Assembly: GCA_951406725.2 (NCBI GenBank)
Contig: OX597814.1
Span: 129,394,001-129,458,000, forward strand
DNA: 64,000 bases
DNA from: Octopus vulgaris
Lineage: Eukaryota
Direction: 5' to 3'
The first letter of the stretch is position 1. Each line of letters starts with the position of its first letter. Below the pieces are notes generated by a model. The model saw only the letters and a list, made by a program, of their open reading frames with translations, was not told where the DNA came from and did no database searches. The translations under genes and the position numbers were made by a program. Shown here piece by piece: positions 11,712-24,167 of the stretch.

Positions 11712-12021
11712 TTATTTATGCACCCCTTTCAAGCCTAACCAGGCTCATGGGCCTGGTTTCCCGGTTTCTGTGGCGTATGTGTTCCTCCCAGCTGGACGGG
11801 ACGCGAATCTATCGCAGCGTTACTCAAGAAACAGGAAGAAAGAGTGAGAGAAAGTTGGGGCGAAAGAGTATAACAGGAGTCGCCACCATCCCCTGCCGGA
11901 GCCTCATGGAGCTTTTAGGTGTTTTCGCTCAATAAACACACACAACACCCAATCTGGGAATTGAAACCGCGATCCTCCGACTGTGCGTCTGCTGCCCTAA
12001 CCACTGGGCCATTGTGCCTCC
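11712..12021 (-). mobile_element. tRNA-derived SINE family C
   Basis: Head ggaggcacaatggcccagtggttagggcagc...ggtttcaattccc with A- and B-box-like motifs, shared with 18560-18752. The tail is different. Confidence 0.8.
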
Positions 12022-13117
12022 ACTGAATTCATATATATATATATATATATAGTCCCACCCATGCTAGCATGGAAGGCAGATGCTAAATGATGATGATATA
12101 TATATCATCATTATCATTTAACATTCAAGTTCCATACTGGCATGGGTTGGATGGATTGACAGGATCTTATAGGCCCAAGGACTGCATTATGTTCCAGTGT
12201 CTGCTTTGGCAAGGTTTCTACAATTGGATACCCTTCCTAACTACTTTACAGCATATACTCGTGCTTCTTTCTTGACGCCAGCAATAACGAGGCCATCATG
12301 TAGTTTGAAAGTCGAACAGCCTTGAGTGGACAACTTTCTGCCTGGATATGAGGGACAAAAGATGGGTAGAAGGTGATGGACAGGATGTACGTGATTTTCA
12401 TTGTTAGAATTATTCTGTTGCTCAGTTTGACATCACTAGCTGACCCTTAGGTGGCCTTATCAAGGTACACACTATTGGAAGCATTTAGACAAGGTTTCAC
12501 TCTGAGAACACACTTCCTTTTCCTCCATCACTATTGCGAGCCCTGTGAAATATTAACGGTTGCTGCCCTTCCTCTTCTGACTTAGATTTTGTTTTGTATT
12601 TTCTTAGTTCAACTTACAGTAGCTTTTCTAAGCCAGCAGAGCCTAGCAGTATCTCTAACAGTGGTGGCCATCCATCCAACACATATTTTTTCTGTCCCTT
12701 TACTCAGAAGGGACAGCTGTGCTCATAACTCTTTACAGAACCTCTGAGACTGATAGGAAGGAGAGAGGAAGATCACTTGAAATAAGAACCTTCGCCCAAA
12801 TGTTTGCAACAGAGTGGACTCCAGTAAAGGCATCAAAGGACCAGGTAATGGTGTTAAACCAACCGATGGATTAAGTCTAGACTTAAGTAGAGGCCATGAC
12901 AAGATTTGAACTCAGAACTTAAAGAGGCAGAACAAATACCACAAGTCAGCCATCTGATGTTCTAACATTTCTGCCTGTCCACTGGAGAAAATGAAAGGTA
13001 AAGTTGGCCTTAGTAAGATTTAAACTCAGGATATAAAATGCCAGAGGCACTAGTGTGTGTGTGTAAGTGAAAACAATAACAGCAATACCGAGAATCAATA
13101 TTAAAAACAGGATTTAC

Positions 13118-13270
13118 CTGACCAATTATATCGCTTGGTACCCATCCATCGGAATTTTTCACTGTCTGCAAGAACATCACCATAATAACCATAACCAACC
13201 AATGAAACACTATAGCGTACAAGCTGGTCCCTTTGGTATATAGAACAGCAGTCTATATTCATGGAGTCCC
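13118..13270 (-). CDS. CERK: Ceramide kinase exon (153 nt)
   Basis: ttattAG...GTAAAT. Encodes DSMNIDCCSIYQRDQLVRYSVSLVGYGYYGDVLADSEKFRWMGTKRYNWS(G), the C4 lipid-binding motif. Confidence 0.97.
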
Positions 13271-13747
13271 CTAATAATAATATAAAAAGACAAAAAAAAA
13301 AACACAAATAGTTTTTACTTTCTCATTGCAAAAGAGTATTAAATATCAATACAGTTAATATCAATAAATTAATGCAGTTAATATTAATAAATCAATATTA
13401 ATTGTATTAAATTAAATCACTAATTGCATAGTGAAAAGCAAGAATCAAAATGATGACCTGAATATCTATTCTTAATAAGTTCTGACAAATTTGAATACAA
13501 ATATGCTAACAGCTGTTACATTCATAAAACACTTGATTCATAAGTGCATTAGAGTATTAAATTAGGTGACAAACTGTATTCAGTTAAACAAAAATTCGCT
13601 TACAGCTCAAGCAAGCTGAACCCCTATTCCACCTCCGACAAAAACGTTAACACTTGTTTATGACATGACTACTACTTTTGGAAACTTAGCAATGTTAGTA
13701 TTTATATTTTGTGTCTACAAGCAACAATAAACTAAACTGACAATTAA

Positions 13748-13963
13748 CCCTTTCAATACCAACCTGGCTGAAACTGGCTCTGTAGTACAAATATTTTGTT
13801 TTCATAAGTTCTGAATTAAAATCTTCCACCAAACCTTAGTCACAATTTATGTTCCTAACACAAGCTGAATGATAACTCAGCTATTTTACTAAATTCTTTG
13901 TTATATTTAAAATTAATTGAAAGAAACACAGAGCATCTCAATAGAAATATGGTAACAAAAGAG
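13748..13963. mobile_element. piggyBac-like MITE
   Basis: TTAA|ccctttcaatacca ... tggtaacaaaagag|TTAA. A homologous copy lies at 60016-60172. Confidence 0.8.
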
Positions 13964-13979
13964 TTAAGAATACAGCAAC

Positions 13980-14015
<36 letters not shown>

Positions 14016-14239
14016 GGAGAGGCACTGAACAGCTATACGCACATATACACACACGGCAGTTACTTCCACCTACCGAATTCAATCACAAAGCTCCGGTCGG
14101 CTCGAGGCTATAGTGGAAGACACCTACCCAAAGTGCCACACAGTGGGACTGAACCCGAAACCATGTAGCTAGGAAGCAAGCTCCCTAACCACACAGCCAT
14201 GCCCGCGCCTACATGTTGCTAAAATTATTACTGGCAATA

Positions 14240-14533
14240 ACAAAGACCTGGAAATAGAGGTAACTCGAATGTGGAGTTTAAAACCAGAAACAATTCCTAT
14301 CATAGTAGGCACATTAGGTATGATAAAAAAAATATTCAGACAAATACATAACAAAAACACCAGGACTAACAAGTACATATAACATGCAGAAAATAGCACT
14401 ACTAGGCACTGCACACATCCTATGTAAAAGAGCATCACAGCAAACCACAGCACATACCCAAGGCACACAGAGCTGTGCTCGGTAGTGCAGTGAAAGCCTG
14501 TGATAAAAATATACTTATTATAATAATAATAAT
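14240..14533 (+). mobile_element. 3' fragment of an R4/Dong-type (RLE) non-LTR retrotransposon
   Basis: KDLEIEVTRMWSLKPETIPIIVGTLGMIKK, a frameshift in an A-run, then YSDKYITKTPGLTSTYNMQKIALLGTAHILCK. Ends in (TAA)n. Confidence 0.8.
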
Positions 14534-14534
14534 A

Positions 14535-14748
14535 CTTTCTACTATAGGCACATGGTCTGATATTTTGGGGGAAGGGACTAGTCAATTACATCAACCCCAG
14601 TGCGTAACTGGTACTTATTTCATCAACCCCGAAAGGATGAAAGGCAAAAATCAACCCTGGTGGAATTTGAACTCAGAACATAAAGATGGATGTAATGGTG
14701 CTAAGCATTTTGCCTGGCATGCTAACGATTCTGCCAGCTCACTGCCTT
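14535..14748 (-). mobile_element. SINE family B variant
   Basis: Same head and Meta-like domain with a different tail. Related copies at about 15645-15845, 25925-26116 and 33272-33462. Confidence 0.8.
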
Positions 14749-15079
14749 AAGACCTGTAAACATTGTCAAAAGTACTCTTAAATGTACACAATAGCAAATG
14801 CCTTTTACTGTCATCTTAAGATCACACTACTATCATCTTGTAATCAAATTACTTTTAAAACAAACTTAATTTTCTTATGTCTTGACAGACATTTTCTAGA
14901 ACAATACTTTGTGCAAAACCAAAAATATGGCTCCCTAGTCATAGCAACAACTTAAACTTCTAACTTGTTGTCACTTTAAGTGTCTGGGTGAAACTTGGAG
15001 GCAATTTGTACAAATAGAAAGCAAAAGCCAAACATAATAATAATAATATTAATAACAATAATAATAATAATAATAAATG

Positions 15080-15635
15080 ATATGCCCTGATGCAGTACTA
15101 GGCAGTGGCTCTCGTGGCTTCTGATCTTAACTGATTGGAAGTGTTATCATGTACATTGTTTTGTCTTGGTATAAAAGATGGGCTACAGCAAATATTCTGC
15201 TCAATACTACAGATTTGCTTATCAGTTGTTTGATAAACAGTTGAGCATGTCCCTTAGTGGCTGACGATATGTGCATCTCTGATCATGAGCAGACGTAGTG
15301 GGGGAGCATCATAGCCATGTGTTGAGAGGAATTCTTTGGGGTTTGAATAATTTACCTCTGGAAACATGGGTGTTTCATTCAACATCCTTAAACAACCTTA
15401 TTCAGGGACCTTTGAGTGGGATGGGTTACTCGACCAGAAGAAAATTGTAACTGGGCCCCACCTGCAAGGTCATGTGCTGTTTATCTTGATATGAGATCAC
15501 CATGTCGCGCACATGTGGTTGTGATGCATGTGCCTAGTGTACCCTTATCAGACAGGTAGTCATGATGGGTATACTGGGCTTCGTATATTTTACCCCAGTG
15601 TCACTTTGATGGCATGCACTGCTCTCTCACTCAAT
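15080..15635. mobile_element. Unclassified ~550-bp element bounded by (TAA)n tracts
   Basis: GC-richer block between (aat)n at 15035-15078 and aataatactaat at 15633-15644. No coding similarity recognised. Confidence 0.45.
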
Positions 15636-16094
15636 AATACTAATTTTGGCACAAGGCCAGCAGTTTTGAGGGAAAGGACAAGTCAGTTACACTGACCACA
15701 GTGCTCAATTGGTGCTTATTTTACCAACCACCAAAGGATGTAAGGCAAAGTTGACCTTGGTGGAATTTGAACTCAGAACATAAGGATCCTCATGAAATGT
15801 CACTAAGCATTTTGTCCAGTGCACTAACAATTCTGCCAGCTCACCATATTAATAATAATAATTTATATGCAAATATTCTGCTTTACAAGGAAAAGATACA
15901 TGCCTTTCCCAGGGTTTTTCGAAAACTTTGGAATCAGTAAATGTTAATACTTTACATAACTACTAAAGTGATTTGATTACACTAGGAATTAAAACCAAAT
16001 CCTGAGGTCCATTAAGATACCTACAATAATTATAATAGTGATGATGATAGTAGATCACTACCTAATTCTTTTCTGTTTTGTATGCAAATATGTG

Positions 16095-16390
16095 AAGGCG
16101 CATGGCTCAGTGGTTAGAGCATCAAGCTTATGATAATGAGGTTGTGAGTTTGAATCCCACACTGGGCTGCGTGTCTTGCTCAAGACACTTTATTTCACGT
16201 TGCTCCAGTTCACTCAGCTGTAGAAATGAGTTGCGACGTCACAGGTGCCAAGCTGTATCAGCCTTTGCCTTTTCCTTGGATAACAACTGTGGTGTGGAGA
16301 GGGGAGGCTGGTATGCATGGGTGACTGCTGGTCTTCCATAAACAACCTTGCTCAGACTTGTGCCTCAGAAGGTAACTTTCTAGGTGCATA
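16095..16390 (+). mobile_element. tRNA-derived SINE (module-Y tail)
   Basis: ggcgcatggctcagtggttagagc...gagtttgaatccc head. The body from 16224 matches the reverse complement of 18295-18453. Confidence 0.8.
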
Positions 16391-16407
16391 TTTAAAAAAA
16401 ATAAAAT

Positions 16408-16731
16408 TGGCATTCTGTCAATTGCAACAACAAGAGTTCCTGTCGATCTGATCAATGGAACAACCTGCTTGTAAAATTAATGTGCATGTGGCTGAGCACT
16501 CCACACACATGTGTACCCTTAATGTAGTTCTCAGGGCGATTCAGCGTGACACAGAGTGTGACAAGGCTGGCCCTTTGAATTACAGGTACAACTTGTTTTT
16601 GCGACCTGAGTGGACTGGGGCATTGTGAAATGAAGTATCTTGCCCAAGGACACAACATGTTGCCAGAAATCAAACTCGCAACCTTACAATCTTGAGCCAA
16701 ATATCCTAACGATTAAACCACATGCCTTCAC
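16408..16731 (-). mobile_element. tRNA-derived SINE (module-X body)
   Basis: Body 16475-16595 matches 18455-18560. Confidence 0.75.
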
Positions 16732-16940
16732 ATGAAAATATATTCGCAAAGTAAATGAATGTTGAAGTGTGCTGGAACAAATTTATTTACTATTGAGATG
16801 ATAAAAACACATTGATTTCAATAATCCATTTATTGATTAAGCTAAACACTTGCAAAGCCGTGTTTTCATTCAAGTTTTATTTCGTTTTCTCATTCATATC
16901 ACCTGAACTAAGTTAACTATTAAAATCATTTCAAGTAGAA

Positions 16941-17137
16941 TGACACCTGTTTGGAAAATAATGTTTTGTATACATGAATTTCTAATTAACTCTGTATTAA
17001 CGTCTCTTAATTTTTCCTTTTAAGTTTTGTATTGAATTCATTACAAAATATTAAAAACGAAATTAATGATCACCTACATAAAGTTAATTAGAAATTTATG
17101 TACACAAAAGGTGTCTTTATTTTTGAAACAGGTGTCA
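16941..17137. repeat. Old imperfect inverted repeat (MITE-like)
   Basis: tgacacctgtttggaaaataa / ttatttttgaaacaggtgtca, and aatttctaattaact / agttaattagaaatt. Confidence 0.65.
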
Positions 17138-17799
17138 ATTTTATTATTTTTTTTTTACAAGGAATAGTTTACATAGAATAACTGTTCAAGACTATTTATA
17201 AATTTAGCAAACACAAGGATTTCATTTGAATGGAAATTAACTGATTAGTTTCTTAACAGAAGCCTGAGAGAAAAAAAAATATTTAATTTCTTTTCAAGGA
17301 CTAAGGTTGTTGTTGTTTAGTCTCGGATCAGTCCTAACAAAATAGACTTATGATCGAAAACATTCCAGTTATGACCACTCCATATTTTTTTTCAAACATA
17401 GTGCATCTAAGACTATCTAATATATCCTTTCTCTATCATCATCATCATCATCATCATTTAACGTCCGCTTTCGATGCTAGCATGGGTTGGAGGATTTTGA
17501 CTGAGGGTTGGCGAACCAGATGGCTGCACCAGGCTCCAATCTTGATCTGGCAGAGTTTCTACAGCTGGATGCCCTTCCTAACGCCAAGATGATAGGGTCC
17601 TTCTGACTGGCCAGCTGGCTAACCCATTCATATATTGTCCAGCAAGGCAAACTGAAGCAAGTAAAAAGAATCTGAATATTAAAGCAAAATTTTAAAAATA
17701 TTTTTGAGGACAAATTTATTACCTTAGCTCTGTTTTTTTCCTCCTATTTCGAGAAAGTTCACAATTTGCACACATTTTTATTTTAATAATTTCCATTAA

Positions 17800-18105
17800 T
17801 ATTTCGTTTTTGGATTTGGTTTGCAAGATTCTTTATTTGAGTTTGTGTGTTGAAGCATATTTTGTCGTGTCTGGGGAGAGTCATTTTTTTTTTTTTTGTG
17901 CCTTATAATTTAACACACTCACCAGTAAAATTTCCACTTATTCCTTATTTTCATTTTCCTAAAATTGTCATTGCATCTTGCAACTTTTTCAATAGTCTTG
18001 AAAGACTATTGAATAAAAATAAAAACAAGGAATAAGTGGAAATTTTACTGGTGAGTGTGTTAAATTATAAGGCACAAAAAGAAAATGACTCTCCCCAGAC
18101 ACAAC
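17800..18105. repeat. Fold-back element family F1, copy 2, with 11-bp TSD
   Basis: Same sequence as 3871-4105 in the opposite orientation. TSD atttccattaa at 17789-17799 and 18106-18116. Confidence 0.88.
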
Positions 18106-18273
18106 ATTTCCATTAAGCTAGTAGAGAAAGGTGGCAAACTGGCAAAACCATAAGCATTACTGGCCAACATGCTTTGTGACATTTTGCCCCTCATTATGTT
18201 CTCAGTCCAAATTCTTTGAGGTTGACTTTACCTTTCATCCTTTCGGGGTCAATGAAATAAACACCAGCCTAGT

Positions 18274-18754
18274 TGACCATGAATGACCATGGGATTGCAC
18301 CTAGAAAGTTACCCTCCCAGGCACAAGTCGGGACAAGGTTGTTTATGGAAGACCAGTAGTCGCCCACGCATACCAGCCTCCCCTTTCCATGCACCGATGT
18401 TATCCAAGGAAAAGGCAGATACAGCTTGGCACTTGTGACATCGCAGCTCATTTATTAACATGCAAGTGGCTGAGCACTCCACAGACACGTGTACATTTAA
18501 CGTAGTTCTCGGGGAGATTCAGCATGACATGGCTGGCCCTTTGAAATACACGTACAACAGAAACAGGAAGAAAGAGTGAGAGAAAGTTGTGGTGAAAGAG
18601 TACAGCAGGGTTCACCACCACTCCCTGCCAGAGCCTCATGGAGCTTTAGGTGTTTTCCCTCAATAAACAATCACAATGCCTGGTCTGGGAATCGAAACCG
18701 CGATCCTACAACCGCGAGTCCGCTGCCCTAACCACTGGGCCATTGCGCCTCCAC
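18274..18754 (-). mobile_element. Chimeric SINE with 15-bp TSD, nested in a family-B SINE
   Basis: TSD aaacaccagcctagt at 18259-18273 and 18755-18769. The host SINE halves lie at about 18128-18258 and 18770-18850. Confidence 0.85.
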
Positions 18755-19163
18755 AAACACCAGCCTAGTACTGGGGGCTTAATGTAATCGACTAGCTCTC
18801 TCTCCTACAAAATTTCTGGTCTGGTCTGGTGCCTGTAGTAAAAAGGATTATTGATGGAGAGAAAAAGGGGACAAAATGCTGAGCAGCATTTCTTCCGACT
18901 GTTTACATTCTGGGTTGACTTTGAAGGTTCAGTTTGCCTTTCATCTTTTCAAGGGCCAATAGGATAAAGTAAACCAAAATCTGAATCACTGCTCCTGTGC
19001 AAGAAATTATTAATAACATTATTGTTGTTTCTTCGTAACCCTAGCCCTGATGAACATCATCTATTTTCTCCCTCACAGCATCATAATCCATTGTCAGAGA
19101 ATATAACTTAGCTATAAGGGTAAAAAGACAGAAATGAAAATAATTATGTTGAGGAAGTCTTAC

Positions 19164-19238
19164 CGGTAATGATATGTAAGGCTGATGTTACAGGGTCATT
19201 GATACCAACTGTTGAATAGACAACTGTATCTGTAGAAC
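19164..19238 (-). CDS. CERK: Ceramide kinase exon (75 nt)
   Basis: tttcaAG...GTAAGA. Encodes GSTDTVVYSTVGINDPVTSALHIIT(G). GSTD is the CERK-type version of the motif; sphingosine kinases have GSGN. Confidence 0.96.
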
Positions 19239-19717
19239 CTTGAAAGAAACGGATAAAAAAACACAGATTAAAGGGACAGGTGAACTTCAAATATTCCTTG
19301 TGATAAGATAAGTAAGCTTAAAAAATAATAAATTTATCAGGTGCAGGTATGGCTGTGTAGTTAAGCAGCTCAATTTGCAACAATGTGGTTCTGGGTTCAA
19401 TCACAGTGTGTGGCACCTTGGGCAAGTGTCTGATACAGTCCTGGGCTATAGTAGAAGACACTTGTGAGTGAATTTGATTGGGGGGAAAACTGTGTGGAAG
19501 CCAGTTGTGTGTGTGTGTTATGTATTCCCCACCACTACTACTTGACAACCAATGTTGGTTTGTTTACATCCCCATAACTTAGTAGCTCAGCAAAAAGATA
19601 ATCAAAAGTAAGTAGGGGTTAATCAGTTTGACTAAACCTTCCAAGACACCCATTTAGAGTCATGATACCGTGGATCTGCACTGCTTTTAACTATAGAGTC
19701 AGCCAACCAGAACAATG

Positions 19718-20000
19718 ATGCCTCCACTGGCTTGGCCATGTACGCTAAATGACAGATGGGAGGATCCCAAAAGACCTGCTGTATGATGAACTGGCCTCCA
19801 GCAAGAAAACCACATCTCTATTTCAAAATGCTTAAGAGAGAGAGATTTTTTTTTTAGGTTTCAACTCAGAGTTGTGGCCATGCTGATGCACCACCGTTGA
19901 AGTTTCTTTCTATGAAAATTGCAAAGTGGGAAGACACTGCTGAATATTGCTCTCACTGGAACTAGACAAAGGTTCAGAAAGATTAGAGGACTGGCAGACA
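19718..20000 (+). mobile_element. Decayed RTE (BovB-like) C-terminal fragment
   Basis: LHWLGHVR*MTDGRIPKDLLYDELASSKK, then KWEDTAE further downstream. Confidence 0.7.
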
Positions 20001-20063
20001 GCACTCCAAGTGCAATCACTCACATGATCTCTTACCATTATTATTACTATGATAATGCATATA

Positions 20064-20450
20064 GGTATAGGCATGGCTGTGTGATAAGAAGTTTGCTTCC
20101 CAACGACATGGTTCTGGGTTCAATTCCACTGCGTGGCACCTTGAGGAAGTGTCTTCTACTCTAGCCTCAGGCTGATGAAAGCCTTCTGGGTTGATTTGGT
20201 AGATGGAAACTGTAAGAAGCCAGTTATATATATGAGTGTGTGTATGTGTGTGTGTATGTGTGTCTTTGTGTCTGTATTTGTCCCTCACTATTGCTTGACA
20301 TCTGGTATTGGTGTGATTAAGACCCCATAACATAGTAGTTTGGCAAAAGAGATCGATGGAATAAGTACCAGGGTTATTCATTTAACTAAACTGCTTCAAG
20401 GTGGTGTCCCAGCATGGCCATAGTTTAATGATTGAAACATAAGATAAATA
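20064..20450 (+). mobile_element. SINE family A (older)
   Basis: Same head, body and tail, more diverged. Confidence 0.8.
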
Positions 20451-20469
20451 TTTATAATATTGATTTACA

Positions 20470-20792
20470 GAGGCAATGACTGAGACCTTTGGTACTATGT
20501 TGTGCTTGAGAAGAAGATCCATTAAACCAAGTGAAATCACAGCCGTGGCAGATACTGGTGTCACCCAAATTGGCACCCATGCCGGTGGCACATAAAAGCA
20601 CCCTGGTGTCACACAAATAGCATGTAAAAGCACCCATTACACTCTCGGACTGGTTGACATAAGAAGGGCATCCAGCTATAGAAAAACCATGCCATATCAG
20701 ACTGGAGTCTGGTGCAGCCTTCCAGAGTGTCAGCCCATTCAAACCATCCAACCCATGCCAGCATGGACAATGGACGTTAAATGATGATGATG
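20470..20792 (+). mobile_element. RTE tail copy (older variant)
   Basis: gccggtggcacataaaagcac...aagggcatccagc...gacgttaaatgatgatgatg. Confidence 0.8.
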
Positions 20793-21656
20793 ACGTAATA
20801 TTTAGAAGTTGTTGTTTAGCTCTTCCTAAGCATTTGTTTAGCAAGTATTTAACAACATTCCTCAATGTGTGTAAGTTTTCAATATTTTTTAAGACATTAA
20901 AACATGACTTTAAGGAAGCTTGGCTGCTATTTTAGCAATTCAAGTGACCATGTAAAACCTCCTTTACTGGCTACAGTAGTAATAGTATAGGAAGAAGATG
21001 TCACACTGCCAAAGACAGGATTCAATCAAGCCACATTTCTGGCAAACGCATTCTGTTAATTCCATTTGATTTTCCATGATTACAAATAAAAAAAAAACAT
21101 TGGAATCCAAGAAAATGTTGAGGCTTGGCAAACATAAACAGAGGTTCTGTTTTCTTCTTTCTGTTTAAGAATGTGAAGAAAACATTCCAAAAGAGAGATA
21201 TCAATAGTCTCAGCCAAATCAGAGATGAGTCCATTAAGAAGTAAAAGAATGCAGCATTATGGATTAATGTGTTTTTCTACTCCAATCTTTTTCTTGTTAA
21301 TTAACCAACTCTTATATCAATATTGTTTTATTGTATTGCAATTGTATTTATAATATGTTACGAATGTGTAGGGTGGAGGGACATAGCTTAGTGGTTAGGA
21401 TGTAGAACTGATGCTTGTAAGCTTGTGGTTTCAATTCCTGGTCCAGATGATGCGTTGTGTTCTTGAGCTAAACACTTCATTTCGCATGGCTCCAGTCCAC
21501 TCAGGGAGGAATATATACATCAAAGGAACTGGGAAACTGGCCCTATGCTCCTTATGGAATAATATCGACTAACCATACATAGGTGTAGGTGTGGGTGTTG
21601 AGAAGCATATTTCCCAACCACACAGAGTAGGGTTCAGTCCCATTGTGTGGCACCTT

Positions 21657-22075
21657 ATCATCATCAACATCATCATCGTTTAACGTTTGCTTTCCATGCT
21701 GGCATGGGTTGGATGATTTGACTGAGGACTGGTGAACCAGATGGCTGCTCCAGGCTCCAATCTGATCTGGCAGAGTTTCTACAGCTGGATGCCCTCCCTA
21801 ATGCCAACCACTCCAAGATGGTAGTGGGTGCTTTTACATGCCACCAGCACGAGGGCCAGTCAGGTGGTACTGGCAACAGCCACGCTCAAATGGTGTTTTT
21901 TACGTGCCACCTGCACAAGAGCCAGTCCTGCGGCACTGGCAACGACCTTGCTTGAATGATTTTTCACATGCCAGTAAGGCAACGCTGGTAATGATCACAC
22001 TCAGATGGTGCTTTTTATGTGCCACCGGCGCAGAAGCCAGTCAGATGCTCTGGCAACGATCATGCTCGGATGACA
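21657..22075 (-). mobile_element. RTE tail copy with multiple modules
   Basis: Same cassette and module series as 1628-2038, in the opposite orientation. Confidence 0.85.
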
Positions 22076-23623
22076 TTCTCATACATCTTATACATAAACA
22101 TATTTGTATATACATTTGCAAAATTTATCAGGTTCAATTAGTGAGCGACTACAGCTGATAAATACAAAATCCAGACAGAAGAGGAATCAGACAGTGTACA
22201 AGGAAGGAGGCTGCATTGATGGGTGATGTGTGTGGAGGATAACAGTTGCGTAAAAAAAAGTGAAGTGCCTAGTGATTCATGTGGAAGGAACCCTGCGGAA
22301 GAAGAAGATATGGGAAGAGGTAGTGAGTGCTTATCTCAAGAGGCTGAGTCTCATGAAAGAGATGATGACAAGAGGCTGCAACAAGTGACGAAACAGTGTG
22401 CTAGAGAAAACTCAGCCAACCTAGGCAAGTTTTAAAGGAAAAAGAACGTGTGTGAATATGAATGTGATGATGGTAATGAGGGTATGGTTGTATTCAAAAA
22501 TAGTGATTCAAAAATTCAAGAAAGAAAGGAAACTAAATTATGATGATGTGGAAGGTTTTCTGTGTCACAAATACATTAATGAATAATGAATAAAGATAAC
22601 AAAACTATAAAATAGATGAAATAGAATTAAAAAAAAAAACTATAAAAAAATAAATAACTCACACTGACACATTAAATATTTTCTTTAAATAATGAAAATG
22701 GGGAAATATGCAACTGAGAAGAGGGGGGAGAGAGAAGGCGAGAGAGAAAGGGAAAGCGAAAGAGAGATGGGGAGGGGTTTTTTTTTGCTATTTATTCTTC
22801 TTTAGAAATGTATGACAAAGAAAGCGCACTGCTCAACACACATATTGAAAAATGAGAGAAAAGGAAATAATGAGAACGGTAAACATGAGGAGTGGTAGAA
22901 CAATGTGTTTACATAAAATAGATAGACTAGATGAAACTGTAATACTGGTGAGAGAGAGAGAGAGGGGGGATGGAAGGGGGAAGGATAAAATTGCTACAGC
23001 TGGGTGGGTGTGGCACAAAGAAACAGCATTGCACAAGGTGGATTCTGCCAACTAGGCTTCCACTGTATATTCATACATGATATGACTGGAGGTGTAAGAC
23101 ATTGAAGATGCTATTCCAAGTTGTCATGATTCCACTACACATCTATTTTCCAAATTTCCTATTCATTTTTCGTTTTTTTTTTTTTAGTCGAATAAGAGAA
23201 AAGACCATGGTACCTCTGTAACAGAAGAATTGTGCAATGATGAAAGTAGCCATTGGTCATTTGGTAACATATTGGCAATACAAAAATGCAAAAGAATGTT
23301 TGTTTTGTTATTTACAGTCTGTGGGGAGGGAGCTGCAAAACATCAGGCACACTACCTCTCCTCCTCTGTCTAACTTAGAACAACGCAAACATCACAACAT
23401 GATATATAACAAGAGTGAAAAGCTTTTCATCATCATCATTATCATCATCGTTTAACGTCCGCTTTCCATGCTAGCATGGGTTGGACTGCCAACATGGGTT
23501 GGACTGCCAACATGGGTTGGACAAACCAACCACAGAATTGTCATGTCTCCTAATTTTAACATGTTAAGTGACCAATATCAAAGAAAAGAAACCCATTTCA
23601 TAGGCTGGTTAGAGTGTACTGAC

Positions 23624-23769
23624 CTGCTGGAATGATGCCTATCCTTAAGTCTGGCTGTATAGGAGTTGTGTCACGACAGGGTTGCGCATTCCCATTGTCT
23701 TTCAGTGTTCTTATGAGCAATCCATTTAAAAGTTCTGTAAACATCCCATCACCACCCACACAGACAATC
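23624..23769 (-). CDS. CERK: Ceramide kinase exon with GGDG ATP-binding motif (146 nt)
   Basis: ttttcAG...GTCAGT. Encodes IVCVGGDGMFTELLNGLLIRTLKDNGNAQPCRDTTPIQPDLRIGIIPA(G). Confidence 0.97.
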
Positions 23770-24045
23770 CTGAAAACAACAACAATATTTTCTTTGTCAG
23801 AAAAGGCAACACAAATACAACATACATAATGGTTTCTCACAAGCTGACATTATACCAGCTACCATTTTATCAGCCCTCGCTTTCGACATCCCAAAAGTTG
23901 CAGAGACAGTCATATATAAACTTTATTACCTTACGTCTCTTTCCATCCTCAATGGCCTTCATGGTCAGTTTCCGAGGAATCAAAAGTCTCATAATCTTTG
24001 TCTCTCACCAATGGTCTCTCATCCTTGAGAAACCTACCAAAACAA

Positions 24046-24167
24046 TCATCATCGTTTAACGTCCGCTTTCCATGCTAGCACGGGTTGGACAGTTCAACCG
24101 GGGTCTGGGAAGCCAGGAGGCTGCACCAGGCTCCAGTCTGATCTGGCAGTGTTTCTACAGCTGGATA
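24046..24167 (-). mobile_element. Short RTE tail copy
   Basis: tcatcatcgtttaacgtccgctttccatgctagcacggg...ctacagctggat. Confidence 0.85.

Noticed and set aside
17960-18000. Functional hammerhead ribozyme in fold-back element F1
   Set aside because: The core positions deviate (TTGAAAA for CUGANGA, GACA for GAAA) and stems I and III could not be assigned. Kept only as a hint of ancestry.
18680-18752. tRNA-like sequences (also about 11950-12021, 16095-16165 and all family-A heads)
   Set aside because: They have A and B boxes but I could not fold a complete cloverleaf, and each continues into a SINE body. They are SINE heads, not tRNA genes.
22223-22435. Acidic 70-aa plus-strand ORF
   Set aside because: Purine-rich stretch with no recognisable domain or splice context, antisense within an intron. 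Insufficient support.
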